The notes under the pieces were generated by a model that ran no database searches, was not told where the DNA came from, and worked only from the letters and a program-made list of their open reading frames with translations. A program made the translations under genes and the position numbers. Shown here piece by piece: positions 33,224 through 35,681 of a stretch of DNA of 35,681 bases. Where the stretch lies: NCBI GenBank assembly GCA_036275935.1, contig DASUCS010000387.1, forward strand, positions 1 to 35,681, in the 5' to 3' direction. Each line of letters opens with the position of its first letter. Position 1 is the stretch's first letter. The stretch is from Acidimicrobiales bacterium. Lineage in GTDB: Bacteria > Actinomycetota > Acidimicrobiia > Acidimicrobiales > JACDCH01.

Positions 33224-33895
33224 GTGTCACCACGCCGCGCCGTCGGTACCGTCAACCGCTTGATCCAGTCGCTGGTCGACACCTTCGGCAACTACATCGA
33301 CCCGTGGGGCTACCTCGTCCTCTTTCTCTTGTGCGTCCTCGAGGCCAGCGCGTTCGTCGGACTGTTCGTCCCGGGCGAGTCCGCGCTGTTGATCGCTGGA
33401 GTGCTCGCCGAACGCGGGGACCTGTCACTGTCGGTAGCAGTCATCGTCGCCGTCAGTGGTGCGATCCTCGGTGATTCGCTCGGGTACGAGATCGGCCGAC
33501 ATTTCGGTGAGCGAATGCGGTCGTCATGGTTCGGACAGAAGGTGGGGGACCAACGGTGGGCGAACGCGCACGACTTCGTGCGCCGCAACGGAGGCCGCTC
33601 GATCTTCTTCGGGCGATTCGTCGGTCTCTTTCGCGCGCTCGTCCCGGCGATCGCCGGCGACGCCCGCATGCCTTACAGGCGATTTCTGCTCTCGAACGTC
33701 CTCGGCGCGCTCGTCGCGACGCCAGCGGTGATCATGGCGGGCTACCTCGCGGGCTCCTCGTATCACGTCGTCGAGCGACGGCTGGGTCAGGCCACTTACG
33801 TAGTGCTCGGGCTGACGGCCGCGTTCTTCGTCGTACGACATCTGCGAGCGAGGCGACGGGGGAGTGGACGACGCCGTGTGGGACGCGGCGCGTGA
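33224..33895 (+). CDS. DedA family membrane protein
   Basis: LLCVLEASAFVGLFVPGESALLIAG, GAILGDSLGYEIGRHFG and IFFGRFVGLFRALVPAIAG are canonical DedA/VTT motifs. GTG start at 33224, with an alternative TTG at 33260. Confidence 0.88.
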   Translation: MSPRRAVGTVNRLIQSLVDTFGNYIDPWGYLVLFLLCVLEASAFVGLFVPGESALLIAGVLAERGDLSLSVAVIVAVSGAILGDSLGYEIGRHFGERMRSSWFGQKVGDQRWANAHDFVRRNGGRSIFFGRFVGLFRALVPAIAGDARMPYRRFLLSNVLGALVATPAVIMAGYLAGSSYHVVERRLGQATYVVLGLTAAFFVVRHLRARRRGSGRRRVGRGA

Positions 33896-34071
33896 ACAGT
33901 TCGACGATGCCACGCTCTCGGCGTCACCTCGAGGCGCCAGCGAAGTGGACTGCGGCCGCGCGCCGCGGAGGGCGCCTGTTGCGCAAGACTGCACCCGCGC
34001 CGTTCTCCAACGGCCTGGGGAAGTACCCGCGGCTGCACAGGTGTCAGTTCGCACGGTGGAGAGGAGATCCG

Positions 34072-34395
34072 GTGTCAGACCAAGGGATCGACCGTGCAGG
34101 CGACGTCCGGGCGATGCTCGCCGACGTCGAGGCGCTCTACCAAGACGTGCACGGACATCCCGAATCGTCCGTGCAGGAGGATCGCACCGCTGCGAGCGCC
34201 GCGCAGCACCTCGAAGCCACGGGGTTCGACGTGACGACAGACGATGGACACACCGGTGCCGTCGTGGTCCTCCGGAACGGCGATGGACCGCCGACGAACC
34301 ACAATCCCCGATTCGCGCCCGCGCTTCATCCCGCTCTCGAAACGGGCGTCCGACCCCTCGTTGCGGCCGCCACCGCATGGCTCGGCAACCTGTAG
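34072..34395 (+). pseudogene. Internally deleted M20-family amidohydrolase relic (107-codon in-frame minigene)
   Basis: GTG at 34072 after GAGGAG. The N-terminal M20 region (LYQDVHGHPESSVQEDRTAASAAQHLEATGFDVTTDDGHTGAVVVLRNGDGPP) joins directly to the C-terminal end of the family (NHNPRFAPALHPALETGVRPLVAAATAWL). The roughly 280-aa catalytic/dimerisation core is missing. Confidence 0.6.
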
Positions 34396-34402
34396 GCGCG
34401 CG

Positions 34403-35032
34403 TTGGTCCTCCAGGGTTTCAATCCCACGCTCCTGCTGGTCCTCAACCTCGGAGGAACATTCGTGTTCGGGCTCAGCGGCGGACTGGCCGCCGTCCGGGC
34501 CCGGCTCGATGTTTTCGGCGTGGCCGTCCTGGCGGTCGTCGTCGGCATCGCCGGCGGCATCACCCGCGACGTTCTGATCGGAATCCCACCTCAGACATTT
34601 CGCGACTGGCGCTATCTCGCCGTCGCAGTCGCGGCTGGGGTCCTCACGTTCGTCGCCCCCGCCAGACTCAGTCGACTGGAACGGCCGGTCCTGATTCTCG
34701 ACGCGGCCGGTCTCGCGTTGTTTTGCGTGACCGGTGCGAGCACCGCGCTCGATCACGGAGTCGGAGCGTTCGAGGCAGTGATCCTCGGCGCGATCACGGG
34801 AGTGGGCGGCGGTGTTCTCCGAGACGTCCTCGTGCGTGAGATCCCGGTGGTTCTTCGCACTGGGCTCTACGCGATTCCGGCGTTGATCGGTGCAACCGTG
34901 GTCGTACTCGCGTCCGAGGCGGATCAACACAACCTCGCATTCCCGATCTTGGGCGCTCTGGTCTGTTTCGCCATTCGTGTTGCGGGGATCCACTTCGACC
35001 TGAACGTCCCGACGGCAAAGCCAGACCACTAG
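34403..35032 (+). CDS. TRIC (trimeric intracellular cation channel)/UPF0126 family membrane protein
   Basis: In-frame TTG at 34403 of ORF 34244..35032. The duplicated glycine motifs FGLSGGLAAV...GIAGGITRDVL and GAITGVGGGVLRDVL are present. 209 aa. Confidence 0.8.
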   Translation: MVLQGFNPTLLLVLNLGGTFVFGLSGGLAAVRARLDVFGVAVLAVVVGIAGGITRDVLIGIPPQTFRDWRYLAVAVAAGVLTFVAPARLSRLERPVLILDAAGLALFCVTGASTALDHGVGAFEAVILGAITGVGGGVLRDVLVREIPVVLRTGLYAIPALIGATVVVLASEADQHNLAFPILGALVCFAIRVAGIHFDLNVPTAKPDH

Positions 35033-35095
35033 GAGACGACTCTTCGAACTCGAGCCGCTCGACAGCGAGCTCCGTACAAGAGCGAGACTGGCCAC

Positions 35096-35681
35096 ATGCC
35101 ACCGGTGAGCGCGGACTTGGCCTCGATGTTGTCTGGTTGCACGGTCTGCCGACTTTGGGCCGAACAGGATGAGGGCCCGTACCACCGCGACGCCCAGCCT
35201 CTGCGTCGCGACGTTGTCGAAGACCGAGTCGGTGTCCCTCTGCAGCTCGGCATCCGACTCGCACGCGACGGCAGCGCGCCGCCGCCGGCAACAGTCGAGA
35301 TATGGCAGTGCGACGCACTGGGCCGCTATTCGGGCTTTCCGCCACCCGCAGCTTCCGACGTCGTGACTGCCGAGACCGCGTCGCGCGCCGAGTACCTCCG
35401 AGGTCAGACGTTCCTACGCGGCCGGCAACCAACGGACGCTGCCGGGATGGTCGAGTTCCGCACGATCTACCCCGGCTGGTATCCGGGCCGCACAGTGCAC
35501 ATCCACCTCATGGTCCACACCGACGACGGCGTCCTGATCAGCCAGCTGTACTTCCCCGACGAGGTCAGCGACGAGGTACTCGCGAGGGAGCCATACGCGC
35601 AGCGGTCCGGCCGCGACACGACCAATGACACCGACGAGATCTTTCCAACCGGTGGTGACGCGGCTGTCGTCGACATCACCC
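35096..35681 (+). CDS. Intradiol ring-cleavage dioxygenase family protein, N-terminal about 195 codons (runs off the right edge)
   Basis: Absent from the ORF track because it has no stop in the window. My translation from ATG 35096: MPPVSADLASMLSGCTVCRLWAEQDEGPYHRD...VEIWQCDALGRYSGF...YLRGRQPTDAAGMVEFRTIYPGWYPGRTVHIHLMVH... These are the EGPY, IW.CDA.G.YS and YPGWYPGR..HIH signatures of PF00775. Confidence 0.8.
   Translation, partial: MPPVSADLASMLSGCTVCRLWAEQDEGPYHRDAQPLRRDVVEDRVGVPLQLGIRLARDGSAPPPATVEIWQCDALGRYSGFPPPAASDVVTAETASRAEYLRGQTFLRGRQPTDAAGMVEFRTIYPGWYPGRTVHIHLMVHTDDGVLISQLYFPDEVSDEVLAREPYAQRSGRDTTNDTDEIFPTGGDAAVVDIT

Noticed and set aside
33524-35185. 553-aa minus-strand ORF spanning the DedA, M20-relic and TRIC region
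   Set aside because: It lies antisense to three plus-strand genes or relics with clear family motifs. The translation is Arg/Ser/Pro-rich with no recognisable domain.
21887-35681. DosR-type (GGGAC-N-GTCCC) boxes or another shared palindrome upstream of the USP, sodA and NuoF-like genes
   Set aside because: I found only isolated GTCCC or GGGCC half-sites (for example near 28808 and 26300) with no partner at the right spacing. By-eye scanning gives no shared motif, so this needs computational motif discovery.
1-35681. Mobile elements, prophage, CRISPR-Cas, restriction-modification or toxin-antitoxin / defence systems
   Set aside because: I found no transposase, integrase or recombinase, no Cas genes, no nuclease/helicase/ATPase defence hallmarks, no terminal inverted repeats flanking a segment, and no repeat-spacer arrays. 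The only phage-reminiscent gene (21887..22258) is isolated.

Overview
High-G+C, actinobacterial-type chromosomal DNA, densely coding on both strands. I found no rRNA or tRNA genes, CRISPR arrays, transposases, integrases or recognisable defence genes. Many long ORFs in the supplied track are Arg/Ala/Pro-rich antisense or off-frame artefacts of the G+C bias.

Layout:
(i) 1-6.5 kb, conserved core block: a partial lipoprotein (-), rpsO, pnp (PNPase with an unusual acidic plus Arg/Gly-rich tail), an M16 zinc peptidase, a membrane-anchored Pro/Thr-rich hypothetical (-), and dapB.
(ii) 6.5-9.7 kb: an SDR plus a VTT/DedA-like membrane protein (-), and an acyl-CoA ligase (+).
(iii) 9.8-14.8 kb, sensory cluster: PAS-GGDEF(degenerate)-EAL (-), then a divergent GAF-LuxR, a PAS-PAS-LuxR and a quinone-oxidoreductase-type MDR.
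(iv) 14.9-18.8 kb: a translationally coupled MFS-TetR-MFS operon behind a tandem TTTCGAAA operator.
(v) 19-21.7 kb: a membrane protein, a VIT1/CCC1 transporter and a CaCA cation transporter.
(vi) 21.9-35.7 kb, a stress/redox/envelope island. It holds two tandem-USP genes (one fused to CsbD-like and Cys-containing modules), a USP N-terminal fragment, Fe/Mn SOD, an orphan NuoF-like flavoprotein, a membrane desaturase plus SAM-methyltransferase, a REC-like protein, a VC0807-like protein, an ArsR regulator coupled to a Ser-less ACP-like protein, DedA, an internally deleted M20 amidohydrolase relic, a TRIC channel and a partial intradiol dioxygenase.

Two genes that run off the window edges (1-528 minus, 35096-35681 plus) are absent from the ORF track; I translated them by hand.

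I do not see a clear-cut new system. The best candidates for something undescribed are the architecture of island (vi), namely the USP-USP-CsbD-Cys fusion with its small neighbours, the sodA-USP-NuoF-like string and the ACP-like/ArsR pair, followed by the three-sensor c-di-GMP/LuxR cluster. All functional calls rest on motif-level recognition by eye and need HMM or BLAST confirmation.
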